Part shown: in pieces, positions 24,504 through 36,455 of the stretch
Layout: the number at the start of each line of letters is the position of its first letter
Position numbering within the stretch: position 1 is the first letter of the stretch
Assembly: GCF_011386835.1 (NCBI RefSeq)
Contig: NC_088805.1
Location: 26,288,001-26,352,000, forward strand
Length of the DNA stretch: 64,000 nucleotides
Direction: 5' to 3'
From: Chrysemys picta bellii
Taxonomy: Eukaryota
The notes under the pieces: generated by a model
The model's input: the letters and a program-made list of their open reading frames with translations, nothing else
The model's database searches: none
What the model was told of the DNA's origin: nothing
Program-made: the position numbers and the translations under genes

Positions 24504-25134
24504 GTAGGTATAAGGGCAAGTGCAACCTCAGGAACTGATGTGCTTATTGTGGAGGCATGGGGTTTTATTAACTACACTTTATACTAGTGACATTCAGCGA
24601 AGCATCTCCATCAATTTGGCCCACCTTTCACACATTGACAGAGTTACAGCTCCGTTGAGAAACTGCTGTGAGCAACCTCATGAGCGTAGGCACAGTTTGA
24701 GGTTAGCAGAATTCTCAACGTCAAAAATCCCTGTCCGATGGGAGGCCATGCTAGCACCACACACTGCAAAACACTTTTGCTAGCATGATTCAAGCCATTG
24801 TGTGGACAGGCCCTATTGGAGAAGTTTACTTTTCATCCCTGTTGAAGTTCCTGACCCAGCTGCCCGCGCAGAGACTGGCTCTGGCTAAACAACCTACAAT
24901 GTTACGGTACAATGTCCTGTAGTATTGTAGGTATAGGGCATGGTTTTGTCTGGACAGAGTCAATATGCTGAAAGAGAGAAGTTCAGACATCCGGGCCCTG
25001 ATTTTCATGTAGTGTAGATGTACAATTGCACATCTGTCTTTTATGTACAATTGCTCACACAAAAGCACCTAATTAGCCATTTGCACACATGTGAAATCCT
25101 TGTGTTTGTGCAAATTAGATGTATCAGAGGAGGA

Positions 25135-25400
25135 ATGACCTTGTGGTTTAGGCGCTCAGCTGGGACTCAGGAAAGCTAGGTTCAGTTCTCAGCTCTGCTC
25201 AAATTCTCTCTGCAACCACAGGCGAGTCCCTTAATTTCTCTGGGCCTCAGTTCCTGTCTGTGACAATGGGGATAACAGCACTTCCTTTGCAAGTTTAGAG
25301 GTAAACTCTTTGGGGTGGGGACTGTCTTATATGTGCATAAAGCACCTGGCACAATGGGGCCCACAGGCACTACTGAAATACAAATAATTATTTTGCACCT
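25135..25400 (+). mobile_element. MIR/CORE-like SINE with L2-type tail
   Basis: tRNA-like head, tctctgggcctcagttcct core, tail gtaaactctttggg...gcacaatggggccc. Confidence 0.65.
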
Positions 25401-25571
25401 ACATTGTATGAAAGATCAAGATTGTAATGTCTATAAATAATTGAAATTACTATTGATTGATAAAGCTGATTCCTTGTCTAAGGTACAGCCTGACAGCTGC
25501 TCAGGGGTTATCTGGGCATGTGGTGTCCTTACGGTTGCTTGGTTTTTAAACTGTTGCCCTTTGTTCTACAG

Positions 25572-25723
25572 CTGAGCCTTGGACCAGACAAAATGATAAT
25601 AGATCTCACAGATCCAAATCGTCCACGGTTCACGTTGCAGGAGTTGAGAGATGTGCTGCAGGAACGTAACCAGCTGAAAGCACAACTTCTTATTACACAA
25701 GAGGAGCTACAGTGCTATAAGAG
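25572..25723 (+). CDS. RILPL2: RILPL2 coding exon 2 (RH2 domain, 152 nt)
   Basis: ttctacag|CTG ... AG|gtagat; LSLGPDKMIIDLTDPNRPRFTLQELRDVLQERNQLKAQLLITQEELQCYK. Confidence 0.96.
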
Positions 25724-26889
25724 GTAGATCACTAGGTCATCCAGTCAGCAAAGAACCCCTGTTTATAACACCTGTTTATTATGTAGGGATCATTTCAGAG
25801 GAGATTAGTGTTATTTGTTTGCTGTAGCACCCACAATGTGCTAGGCACTGTCCAGGTATACAAGACCGTAAACTCTTTGGAGCGCTGTGGTTATAGAGAG
25901 CCTAGCCCAATGGGCCTTATTCTTGGTTGGCCCCTTTGGCACTATCACAATAAATATTATTATTAATAATATTAATAAAAAAGAAGGGACATTCTGGCCC
26001 CTAAGAGCTTACGGTGTAAGGATAAACTGACAAGCAGAGAGGGGTCAGGGAGTGGGGGTTTCAAAAGGAATTTTCTATATAAATCAACCTTAAAACTGAA
26101 GTTCTGCCTGCTCTGTGTGAGTCAAAAACATGTGTAATTTCACATACCAACATCTGCAGGCAGTTACTTCAACTGTGTGTGCAAAGTAGGAAATTGGGCA
26201 CACAAATCCAGTGTGTAGGTATGCCTGGCTAGCCATGTGTGAGTGCAAGTACCTTATTCGCACATGCAATCATAGTAATTGCACACATGCATTTTGATGA
26301 AAACCAGGATGTAGGTATCTATCCTATGCCACTTGTCATAAGAGCAGGGAGGTTTCTTTGCTGGCCTTAGTTAAAATTTCCCTTCTCCTGTTGTGCAGAC
26401 TTATGCATGATAGTTTATTTACCACCCTTCATCTCAGAGATGTGTTCATTTCCGTGATGCTGTATGTATAGCTGTAAAGCACTTTAGCATTGTTCAGGAT
26501 GAAAGTGCATATTTTGTAAGACCCCCAGCTAAAGACTGAGTAAGGCACATACTACAAAAAACTCACCCAGGGATAAGGATTCAGTTCAGGGCAGGTGACC
26601 CAGGTGACTGCCTGGAGTGCCAGGCGTGGGGGGCACTGGTCTCGGGATGCTGTTTTTGTTGTTAGTGACAAAAGGGAACATAGAATGTTTGAAGTAACAT
26701 GGCTCAGGTATTCCATATTTGCTTATATATGGCATGAATAAATACAGATTTACAGATCCTAGCATGCACATTTAGTGTCTTATATGACAGGGATAAATCA
26801 AGCATCAAAGTTGTGAAATGGGCTAAAAATGCAATAAAAAATAAGATATTCAAAAGTTTTAACAAAGAGGGGGCGCCGAAGATGCTCCT

Positions 26890-27440
26890 CGCCTGGGGCA
26901 CCATTTGGTCTAGGGTGGGCCCTGATTCAGATGACCTCGGTTCTGTTCCCGGCACTGCCACTGATCTATTGTGTGATTTTGGGCAAATCACATCACCTCT
27001 CTTTTGTTTTGTTTTCACCTCCCATCCTTTGTCTGGCTTGACTAATTAAACCATAAGCTGTTTGGGACAGGCACTGACTTTTACTCTCTTTGGGCTTGTC
27101 TATACTACCATGCGGGGTTGATCTAAGATATGCAACTTCAGCTACGTGAATAGCGTAGCTGAAGTCAAAGTACTTACTTACCACAGTGTCTTCACTGCGG
27201 TAAGTCGACAGCTGACGCTCTCCCGTTGACTCCGCTTGCGCTTCTCGTTCTGATGGAGTACCAGAGTAGATGGGAGAGCGCTCAGCGGTCAATTAGATAC
27301 GATAAATCGACCCCTGCTGGATCGATCCCTGCCCACCGATCCAGCGGGTAGTGTAGACAAGCCCTTTGTAAAGTGCCTGGCACAATGGGGCCCTGATCTC
27401 AGTTGAGGTCTCCTTATGATACCATAATACAAATAATAAT
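26890..27440 (+). mobile_element. L2-tailed SINE interrupted by a Harbinger MITE
   Basis: Head and core at 26890-27000; the tail resumes after the MITE as tttgtaaagtgcctggcacaatggggccc. Confidence 0.6.
27092..27364. mobile_element. Harbinger-type MITE, 273 bp, nested in a SINE
   Basis: TIRs GGGCTTGTCTATACT / AGTGTAGACAAGCCC; 3-bp TSD TTT; same family as 49498-49801. Confidence 0.85.
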
Positions 27441-27675
27441 AAATCCATCCTGAGTACACTTCTATAACAGACATGCATAATGCAAGTTATATCTGAGAAG
27501 CCAGTTTCAGACCTGCCCACTCAAACAGCAGTTTTGCCAGCAATGCAGTTAAGGACCCACTCCCCCAGCTCAGTCACACATTAATGGCTTCATTGGCTCT
27601 TGACTCTCCAGTTGCCTAACCCAGCTCATTGGAATCCAAGTTACAAATTAACCATGTGAATGTTTAATTCATGTC

Positions 27676-27768
27676 TTGCATCTGAAGAAGTGAGGTTCTT
27701 ACCCACGAAAGCTTATGCTCCCAATACTTCTGTTAGTTTTAAAGGTGCCACAGGACCCTCTGTTGCTT
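27676..27768. mobile_element. Penelope-like pLTR fragment, family A
   Basis: gcatctgaagaagtg...cacgaaagcttatgctc...aaggtgccacaggaccctctgttgc; shared with the 32672 and 48574 copies. Confidence 0.75.
27678..27718 (+). ncRNA. Minimal type I hammerhead ribozyme motif (one stem II mismatch)
   Basis: GCAU-CUGAAGA-A-GUGAG..CCCAC-GAA-AGCU-U-AUGC: stem I GCAU/AUGC, intact core, palindromic helix III. Confidence 0.6.
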
Positions 27769-28181
27769 TAATTCATAAGTGGATCATGAGCTGTGGGGCT
27801 CTAATTACCAACCCATATTGTCAGTAATGGATTTCAATCCAAGTGAATCAGAGGAAAAATAATAATTTGATTTACATGGTAACTTCCTAACAAGGTGCCC
27901 AGGGTGCTGAAAAACCCAACTGAAGGCATCAGATATAAAACAAAGTAGTATAAATATGGGACCTTTGAAATAAAAAATGTGTTTTAGAATGTCATGAGTA
28001 TACTTCCATATAGCACGTGTATAGCACAAAATGTCACGTCCTAAATTTAAGACTCACAGAAAATGTTTTAGTGGCTGGATAATGTATTATTAAAGACATG
28101 AGTTTGTCTCGAGTGTTTTTGAAGGAGTATGTTTCAGTGCCCACATTGAACAGCATTGCTTATCTGCATATTGTGGGCTTT

Positions 28182-28235
28182 GATCCCCTCAGATCTCAAG
28201 ATAAGCAGAGTCAGGCTAGGTCAGTGCAGTGATGG
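28182..28235 (+). pseudogene. 5S rRNA-derived fragment (pseudogene or head of a 5S-derived SINE such as AmnSINE1)
   Basis: gatcccctcagatctcaagataagcagagtcaggctaggtcagt...gatgg aligns by eye to the 5S internal control region GATCTCGTCTGATCTCGGAAGCTAAGCAGGGTCGGGCCTGGTTAGTACTTGGATGG. Confidence 0.55.
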
Positions 28236-28730
28236 CCGTGAAGGTGTAGAACTAAGCACCCTCTGCCTGGCCATACAAAGCCCTAATACAGGCCAGCAAT
28301 GCTTGTAGTTATGGCTTGCACTGGTAGCTTTGCCTGTTTAGAGTAGGGGTTTGCACTGGTACAGCTATATGCCCTAAGGCTGTAACCAGTGAACATTTCC
28401 AGTGTAGGGAAGGGAAGTGACACGGGGAAGGTGACATTTATCTACCTCACAGGGGTCTTGTGGACCTTCATTGATTCAGGCCAGAATCTGCTGTTACACC
28501 TGTGTAAATCTAAGTGACTGTGCTGGAGATACCCTGGATCTGCCCCAATGTAACCAAGCTTGGAATTTAGTGCTTTGAGATCTTTGGATGGAAGGTGCTT
28601 TACAAATGCAACATAGGATTAAAATCAGTCCTCACTGAGTATTAAATAATTACATAACACTCCATCTGTAGCTATATAAGCTTCTAACAATTATCAGTGG
28701 GGTTCTTATCAAAATATACTAAGCTAAATT

Positions 28731-28950
28731 AGAGAGACAAGGTGTGTGAGGTAATATCTGTTATTGGACCAACTTCTGTTGGTGCAAGAGACAAGTTTTC
28801 AAGCCACACAGAGCTCATCTTCAGGTCTGGAAAAGAGCTCCTTGTGGCTCGAAAACTTGTCTCTCTCACCAACAGAAGTTGGTCCAGTAAAAAATATTAC
28901 CTCACCTACCTTGTCTCTCTAATATCCTGGGACCAACACAGCTATAACTG
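28731..28950. mobile_element. Penelope-like pLTR, family B, two arms in inverted arrangement
   Basis: Arms agagagacaagg...gagctcatcttcaggtct and gagctccttgtggctcgaaaacttgtct...ccttgtctctct are reverse complements. Confidence 0.75.
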
Positions 28951-29441
28951 CACTACATCTAAGCTAAATTACTGTGCACAATTAAAATAAGAGTGATTCA
29001 CTATTAGCATTAGTCCAGGTTAGCTGTGTCCAGAGAAATTAGAGCTCCTATTCAGGAAAGCACTTACACACAACTTGACTTCAGTGGGACTTGAGCACAA
29101 GTTAAGAGCTTTCTGAATCGGTGCCTACATTAATAAAGACATAATATTGACTGCATTGTGCATGCCCTAGCTTTACAGACCAGCACAGAACAGTTCCTAG
29201 TATCATTTTTTCACAAACTAAAACTAGTACAACATTCCTACGCACAAAGGAAAGGTGCAAAGACACCACAGCCAGCAAACGTGACAGTGCTGCAAACTTT
29301 AGCAGGGTATTTTGACATCATCTGCTCAGATGCCACATGCTGCCAGAATTAAGAAAGGGTTCAATATGCACAATGGGGGCGTGGGGGGGGAGAGGTGTAG
29401 CACAGATTAAAAACAAAATTCCCATCTCCCTCGTTTGCTAG

Positions 29442-29555
29442 TGGCATCATTTCACAGAGGGAGGACCAGGCTGGGCCAATGGAAAAGGAATCCACTGTCT
29501 GCAGTCCTTCTGGCTCAAGTAAATCTAACGAAGAGAAAACAATCATAAAACGTCT
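29442..29555 (+). CDS. RILPL2: RILPL2 coding exon 3 (114 nt)
   Basis: tttgctag|T ... CT|gtaagt; SGIISQREDQAGPMEKESTVCSPSGSSKSNEEKTIIKRL. Not in the ORF track; found from phase and the EEKTIIK motif. Confidence 0.92.
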
Positions 29556-30134
29556 GTAAGTATTGTCACTTCTCTTGCAGCACTTTATAGTGGTGGGCTG
29601 ACTTGATTGGATACTTGTTCTCCCCTCACAACCCCCCCCCCATTATAAAAATTAAGGGCTGTTGCTGGAACCCTGAAGCCTGCAAACCTCCTCCTGAAGC
29701 CAACCAGAATTTAGTAGCATCAGGAGTCTACCACCGAGATGGTTCACATTGCAGCTGGGCATAGCTCCTCTCTGATAAGATGGCAAAAATAATAGCTGCT
29801 TCAGTTAACTTTTATGTGAGTTAATCTCCTGACAGGGATAGTCTGAATTAGACACAGAGAGGATGAATGCTTTGTGTAAACAGTGTTAACTAAAAGGCAT
29901 CAGACACAATCTCTTTAACTAGTAGCAGTGCCTGTAGGAGGAAAGGGTTTCTTAAGAATGGTCCCAGGTCAAATCCTTGAATACTTCTTGCAAAATTAGA
30001 GGGAAATTACCACTTAAATGACATGGCCCAGCTTTCAGGTCTCACTTTCAGATTCCTAGAGGAAACTACGTCTCAGACCGCTTTATAGCAGTGCACCACC
30101 CCTGACACACTGCATCAAAATAACAGTAAAAACT

Positions 30135-30300
30135 TAACACTTTTATAGCACCTTTTAGGTGTAGAACTCAAAAGTGCTTTATAAAGGTGGGCATCAGAAT
30201 TTTAGAGATGGGGAAACTGAGGCACAGATGAAGTGACTTGCCTGAGGTCACAGCATGACACAGCAGAGACGGGGAGAGAACCCAGTTCTCCTGCATACCA
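30135..30300 (+). mobile_element. MIR/CORE-SINE fragment (others near 5745-5790, 21715-21765, 32905-33030)
   Basis: ttttagagatggggaaactgaggcacag...gtgacttgcctgaggtcacag core. Confidence 0.8.
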
Positions 30301-30805
30301 GCCGCATCCACTGGACAGTGCTGGTTGCGTCACATACTAGCACAACAGCAAAGGGAGAAGTGATTTTGCCCCGTGCCTGTGAAAAGCACCCTATGAGGCC
30401 AAAGACTTTCCAAGCAATCCTTGCTACACAAAGAAGCCTTCAGTTAAGGTCTCAGTCCGGGGGACACATGAAATTGCATGGTATTTATTTATGGTCTTGA
30501 ATTTAGCCGCCTTGGTCAAAAAATTGCCAGCTTTTCAGAGCTAATCATTAAGCTCTCCTATGCTGTAGGAGGCCATTGCCTCCCCTGTGAGTACACTAAG
30601 AATGTCCACGTTGTGTTGTGTACTGACTATCCCCCAAGGTTTGTTTGTGATGGGATTCAAGGGGCTATATGCAGCGGGAGCCTGCTCAAGCTCTGTGCTT
30701 ATAGCCCCTGAGAGCAGCCCAGTGTGTTAGCAGGACAGGCTCAGCTGGTGGGTGTAGCCTTTCCTTTTTGTAAGACACTTCCCCCACCCCCTCTTTTTGC
30801 TCTAG

Positions 30806-30836
30806 GTTCTCTTTTAAATACGGAAAACGAATATGA
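30806..30836 (+). CDS. RILPL2: RILPL2 terminal coding exon
   Basis: ctctttttgctctag|G TTC TCT TTT AAA TAC GGA AAA CGA ATA TGA (L-FSFKYGKRI-stop). The four exons total 636 nt = 211 aa. Confidence 0.88.
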
Positions 30837-31094
30837 CTGAGAATTTAGCCACTTCTGCTCCAAAAGTTGCAGCGTATAAAGCCCTTGAGAAGAAGCATTT
30901 GAAGGAAAAGAATCAGTTTCACTGTAGAGAAGAGGCCACATCTCAAGAACAACATGTATTTGTATAATACTTTCAGATTTTGCTTTTTTAAATAACATTT
31001 CTGACAATGTTTGTATTAAGGAATAAGTGTTGTTTTCTCCTCTTGTAAAGGATGGCAGACTTCCTCTAGACATATCCAGGCAGATGGGGTACGG

Positions 31095-31100
31095 AATAAA
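31095..31100 (+). terminator. Probable proximal polyadenylation signal of RILPL2
   Basis: AATAAA about 260 nt after the stop, followed by a T-rich tract. Confidence 0.5.
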
Positions 31101-32671
31101 CCTTTTTTATATAGCGATTTTCAGTCTTTCGAAGAACCATACCAAGACATAGCCTACAGAAGAAAGAATATTAGTTTTTCCACTCACTGCGTGGGCTAGG
31201 GGATTTTCAAAGGCTAGAATGATCTTGCTGACATTTTGCTAGAGTTACACTATCTACAAAGACAGACAAATATGTTTACATTTAGTGACTTTTGTTGTGC
31301 AGTGGTCTGACACCAGAAATATCCATATCTTAAAGCAACCCAGAAGCTGAAGCAAACTGGAAGTTGGCCACGTGGTGGCTGTCTTGTGGTTTGTATTAAA
31401 TTAGTTTGATGTCCTCTGTTCAGCAGCCTAATGCCTACCACTGAGACTACTATAACTGGGAGTATCTGACACCTTTAGCGGTAGACTCACAAGCCAAGCA
31501 TTGGCTAGACCATGGATATAGAACTCTCATGGCTAGGGGTGATCCTTCAGGTCAAAAGTAAAGCAAGTTGTAGCAGAGTATTAACACTGTTACTACATAT
31601 GTTCATCCTGCTCAGTGGACATATAGGACTTCAGTTAGTACTGGAACCTTTTAGAGGCAATACCTATATTCTTGAAATATAGCACATTCAACACTGACTT
31701 CTCATAGGTACTGAATGGGAATGAAAACACTAAAAATGGAGATAATTCTAGTTTTGGGAAGATAATCACTGATTTAAAAAAGCATACCTAAATGAGCTGC
31801 ATATACAGAACAGATAAGAGATAGGAAAGTTAATTATCTAGCTGCACTCCACTACTAAATGCATTTAGGTCAAACAGATGGAAGGTAGGTGTAGGGGAGA
31901 TAATTAATATCTCTGAGGTTTGTACTAAATCTACAACTAGGAAGACAACAGCTATTTTAACAGCATTAGATATGAGGCTGATTAGACATGTAAATAGTAG
32001 GAAAAATTAAAAGACTCAAGAATGTCTTATTCCCTTTCAAAAGGGAAGTGAATTCTATGATCTCCTTTGATTCCCTTTTATATGCTAGCAATAGGCAGAA
32101 TATAGGTCAGTTGATGTATACAGTATATCTATACTTAGTAACAAAGAATGCCAGTTAATATGGCTGCACAGAAGGTAGAAAAACAGCAGTGTCATTTTCA
32201 AATGTGTTCACTAGTAACAGAATATTAGTAAAGCAATATCAAAGATACCTAACTTGGAAAGATGTGTCTATAGGGGATAATTCTCTGCAATGGATGGGTG
32301 TCACACAGGGTTTGCCATCTTCAAAACATTATTACACCCCAACAGTGGGGATGCTTCTTATATAACCCTTCTGGGTCTGAGGGCTAATTAAACTAAGATT
32401 CTATCAAGTATGAAAAAGTCTATTGGGCCAATACATCCCAAAATAGTCTTATTCTATTTGTAACACAGGCACCAGATCAGCAGCTGGTGCTAACAAAATT
32501 AAAGCATAACTCTGGCACAAAGGTCTGTGTCCTCCACCATGCCTGCCTGTTACTTGGAGGGAGTGTTCATGAACATTTCTAATTCAGTAGAGGCATGCTG
32601 CTATTAGGATAGCAATTTAGGTGAGGGGGGTGGGAGGGAGGAAAGGTGGTAAGATCTACTCCGGTTCTGAC

Positions 32672-32800
32672 AGGTTTCAGAGTAGCAGCCGTGTTAGTCT
32701 GTATCCGCAAAAAGAACAGGAGTACTTGTGGCACCTTAGAGACTAACAAATTTATTAGAGCATAAGCTGTCGTGGGCTACAGCCCACTTCTTCGGATGCA
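32672..32800. mobile_element. Penelope-like pLTR fragment, family A variant
   Basis: ggtttcagagtagcagccgtgttagtctgtatc...ggcaccttagagactaac...cttcggatgc; hammerhead-like motif on the minus strand with two core substitutions. Confidence 0.8.
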
Positions 32801-33335
32801 GGTTCTGAGTTTTATAGGCTAGCTCTGCACACGAGAGAGAGCAATTGAGAAAACTGACAGCTTCAGCATTCCTGAGGAAAGTAGGCATCTCTCTACAGTG
32901 AGTTAAGAAGGGGAAACTGAGGAACAAAGGTGAAGAGTGACTTGTCCAATGTCACAGTGAGCCAGTGGTATAATAAAGCACAGGTTTGTTCCAGTTTCAA
33001 GTCTGTTCTCTAGCCACTAGCCCATGCTGCAGAGGGAGAAGCTCTTTCAGAACGATGGAACCTGCACACATTTTTGGCTTCTCTAATAGAGAGAGAGAAG
33101 GAACTCTGTGCTGTGCCCACATCTAATTCAAAGCCCCAAAGTAGTTTGCATACAAAATATATACTGATGGTGGTAAGAGACCATGGACATATACATATCC
33201 ACCCTCCTGAGCTTTCACTGGATGGAGTAGAAGATAACAGGCATCTAAGGGTTAACCATTTTCACAGCTTGCTTAAAGATATCTGAGACAGAGGCAGGCA
33301 CAACAGCCAATTCATTGTTAATAAATATATATCTT

Positions 33336-33341
33336 TTTATT
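33336..33341 (-). terminator. Probable polyadenylation signal of KMT5A
   Basis: TTTATT on + (AATAAA on -) about 1.5 kb past the stop, at the end of an AT-rich UTR-like tract. Confidence 0.55.
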
Positions 33342-34854
33342 TTACAGACACATTTTCTTCAAGTTTTTGTTTTTAAAATACATCACTAACCCACCTCTCT
33401 TGCTGCAGAAACACATAGGTTGGACTGTATTACCCTGGCTATCATACAAGTGCACAAGACTGTCTTGGGTGGTATGAGCAGGAGGAGCAGCTTTGAGAAC
33501 ATGGAGAAGCAGAGGACATTAATAAAGCCACAGACCTCTTGCTGACACATTTTCCAGCAACAAGCGTGGCTGGTGGCCTAAGGCCATCTTTCAGCTACAC
33601 ACATGCCAAGCATGCCTTGGCAAACGTTTCAATTGATAAGAGTTCATATTCACTGTAAGGATCTCCATTGTATAGCTTTCCCATACTATGGATTTGGTTC
33701 CCCCAATAATGAGCCCAAACCTGTGATGTACTGAGCATCTTCTGCAAGGTGCTAAGCACCCTCAACTCCCAATGAAGTCAATGGGACCAGACAGTGCATG
33801 ACAGCTTACAGGATCAGGCCCTAAGGAATCTACTCTCTTCAATGCATATGCATAACTCCAAAAGCAAGACTGAAGATGCACATGACGACAAGATTCCAAA
33901 TTTTGGAAACACTCTGATCCACTTCCAGCATTCACAGTAAATAAATAATTCAGTTTCTGATGTGGCCAATTAACGTTGGGAGGTAATATGTTTGTAGAGA
34001 GAGGCCTTTTGTTTTTTAAAAAGCCCTCTAACAAAACTCCCTCAAATCAGCCACCAACTATAAAAAAGGTACCATCTCAAACTTTAGAAAACACAGTAAC
34101 GCCAAAAAAGCAATTCCTCATTTTGATGACTTGCATGTTTTATCTTCACATTTCTAATAAGCATCAACCCAGTTTATAAAAATCCAACTCCATTTGGATT
34201 GGAGTTATGTCTCTCTGAAGAAGGCAGCCAGGTTGATCATTCAATCCCATTATTGCAGTGGATTGTGGTGCATTTGTTGCCAACAAGGGGCAGTGCGCTG
34301 GAAAAACTGGACTCCTAGCACAGACTAGTTAAGAATGATCCTAGCAATGCTTCATTCATGAAAAGGTCCTTGGCGTGTCAGTACTAGGTTTAAAAAGGCT
34401 GACAAGTAGTCAAATCAATGACTTAAGAGTTAGAACATATGATACATCTGTCACCATCAAGCTAAACAGTTGATAGCTTCCCCCTTTAAAACAGGACATG
34501 AGATTTCATTGCCAAAGCAGGAGCATAAACCAAGAGATTCAGATTTATTTTTTTCCCTCCCCCCTTATAAAATATGCATAAGTCTTTGACTGCATGCTCA
34601 GGAAGCACTGATCAATCTATTTGCAAAAATGTACAAAATTGAACAATATAAAAAAGTTTCAGTAATCTACGACCATCTGTTCAAGCCTGTCTGGAAACCT
34701 GTAACAGATATTTAAATACTTCAGAGCAAAAAGGTGTTTTTTTTTTTTAAACAATTTTAAAACACCAGAAGCAATCCACTAAGATAGCGGTGTTTAAAAA
34801 AAAAAAAAAATCCATCAACTCTCCTCAACAGTGCTCAGTCCAAAGAAGGATGAA

Positions 34855-35065
34855 TTAGTGTTTCAGCCACGGATGAGCTTCAATGGAAGCTTTGCTCCTG
34901 TCGCCATAATCATACAATAGTTCTTCACCCACTTTAATGTCTCGCGAGGCTATCAGTATGAGATGAGGTACGCCGTCAACATCATGAAGCTTTGTTTGAC
35001 AATTGCCACATTTGCTGTGATTAATCAGCCTTCCCAGACGATTAGTCTCTTTTGTAGCATCGACA
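34855..35065 (-). CDS. KMT5A: H4K20 monomethyltransferase KMT5A (SETD8/PR-Set7), exon 8, SET domain C-terminus
   Basis: ttctttcag|T; CVDATKETNRLGRLINHSKCGNCQTKLHDVDGVPHLILIASRDIKVGEELLYDYGDRSKASIEAHPWLKH-stop (RLINHS and ELLYDY SET motifs). Confidence 0.98.
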
Positions 35066-36264
35066 CTGAAAGAACAAACACAGATTGGAAGATTTCTGCA
35101 CAGCACACACAAGTCACACTCTCACAACTAGAAGAGGTTAAATCCACACTGAAAAAATCAAGAGATGAAAGAAAGTATGCAGTCAGCACAAGGCTTGAAA
35201 ACAGACAAAAAATACTAAAGATCCTGATGCCACTACTGCCCTGATACGCAGAACAAGCTTAACCAAACTGCTCTAACAAATCTAGTTAGTCTTACATTAC
35301 CACAAGTCAACGTCCCACGGCATATATTCATCACAACTTTACAATTGTGAAAAAAGGGTCTTTCAACTCAGCCATGGATTTCTTCTAGAACTGACTTAGA
35401 GTCACTTACTAAGCTTTTTGTGGATCCCTTCCTTCTCTAGATTTTGCTTTCTCCCCATTAGCAGCCATAGGGTAACCACCCAGAAGGGTTTGCTGTCTTA
35501 CACACAGCTTCCCCAGAAGATATTGGGTCAGCCAGCAAAAGGATGCACAAAAGACCCCTGCTCCTTTAAGGCCGGGTATGCTTAGTGTCCAACACATGCT
35601 CAGTCTCCACTGACTGTGGATATTCCCAAAGTGGGTCCACACGTTGCGGTGCCATAGCATCTACCTGAAGCTGTATAGTGCCTATCGCAATAGTAGCTAA
35701 GCACAGGTGTCACTGGGACAGCATGGTAGAAGTCAGACCATTAGAATCTATAATTGTCAAAGATATTTAATATGTAGGACTTTGTTACAATAGACTTAGG
35801 TTCCAATATTTAATCGATACTAGTTACTGATTTAATCAGCTGCAGTAATTTTAAGTAAATCATGGTATATTACTACTCTTCAATTCTTGGGCTGCTTTTA
35901 AAAGCAAAATCCAGCCTGGCGAGGAAGGTTAACATACAGAGGTAAATAAAGCTAATCAGAAAGCCAGATTCTCAGCTCTGCTGCTGATCTATGAACCTCA
36001 AATCTATCCACTAAGACATATTGTCTCTTAATTCCAACTTCACTCACTATAACCAGAAGAGATACTCAGCATGTAATTTTGAATGTTCAAGCAATACAAG
36101 TGAAAAATATATTCAAATAAAAAGCAAATATCTCAAGGTAAATCTTGAGCTTGGAACTTTTACACTTAGCAGGAAAACAGAAAGATCTGGCACCTTCAAA
36201 GCATCCACTTATTCTATTATTATATCCCCTTAAACTTTAAAAACAAACAGAATCAAAAGCTTAC

Positions 36265-36455
36265 CAGTACATTTTGCTTAAATACTGAAAGTAGTACATA
36301 TAGCAGCCTGTGGATGGATCTTGGGCATACACAGCTTCTCGTTTTTTAGCATCAGTGATCTCTATGAGATCCCCATGATATTCTACCACAAATTCTCCTC
36401 GATTAAAGTGTTTGGTAGCAATTACCCCTCTCCCTTTACCATCAATGAAGTCAAT
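36265..36455 (-). CDS. KMT5A: KMT5A exon 7 (191 nt)
   Basis: ccttgacag|ATT ... TG|gtaagc; IDFIDGKGRGVIATKHFNRGEFVVEYHGDLIEITDAKKREAVYAQDPSTGCYMYYFQYLSKMY. Confidence 0.97.
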
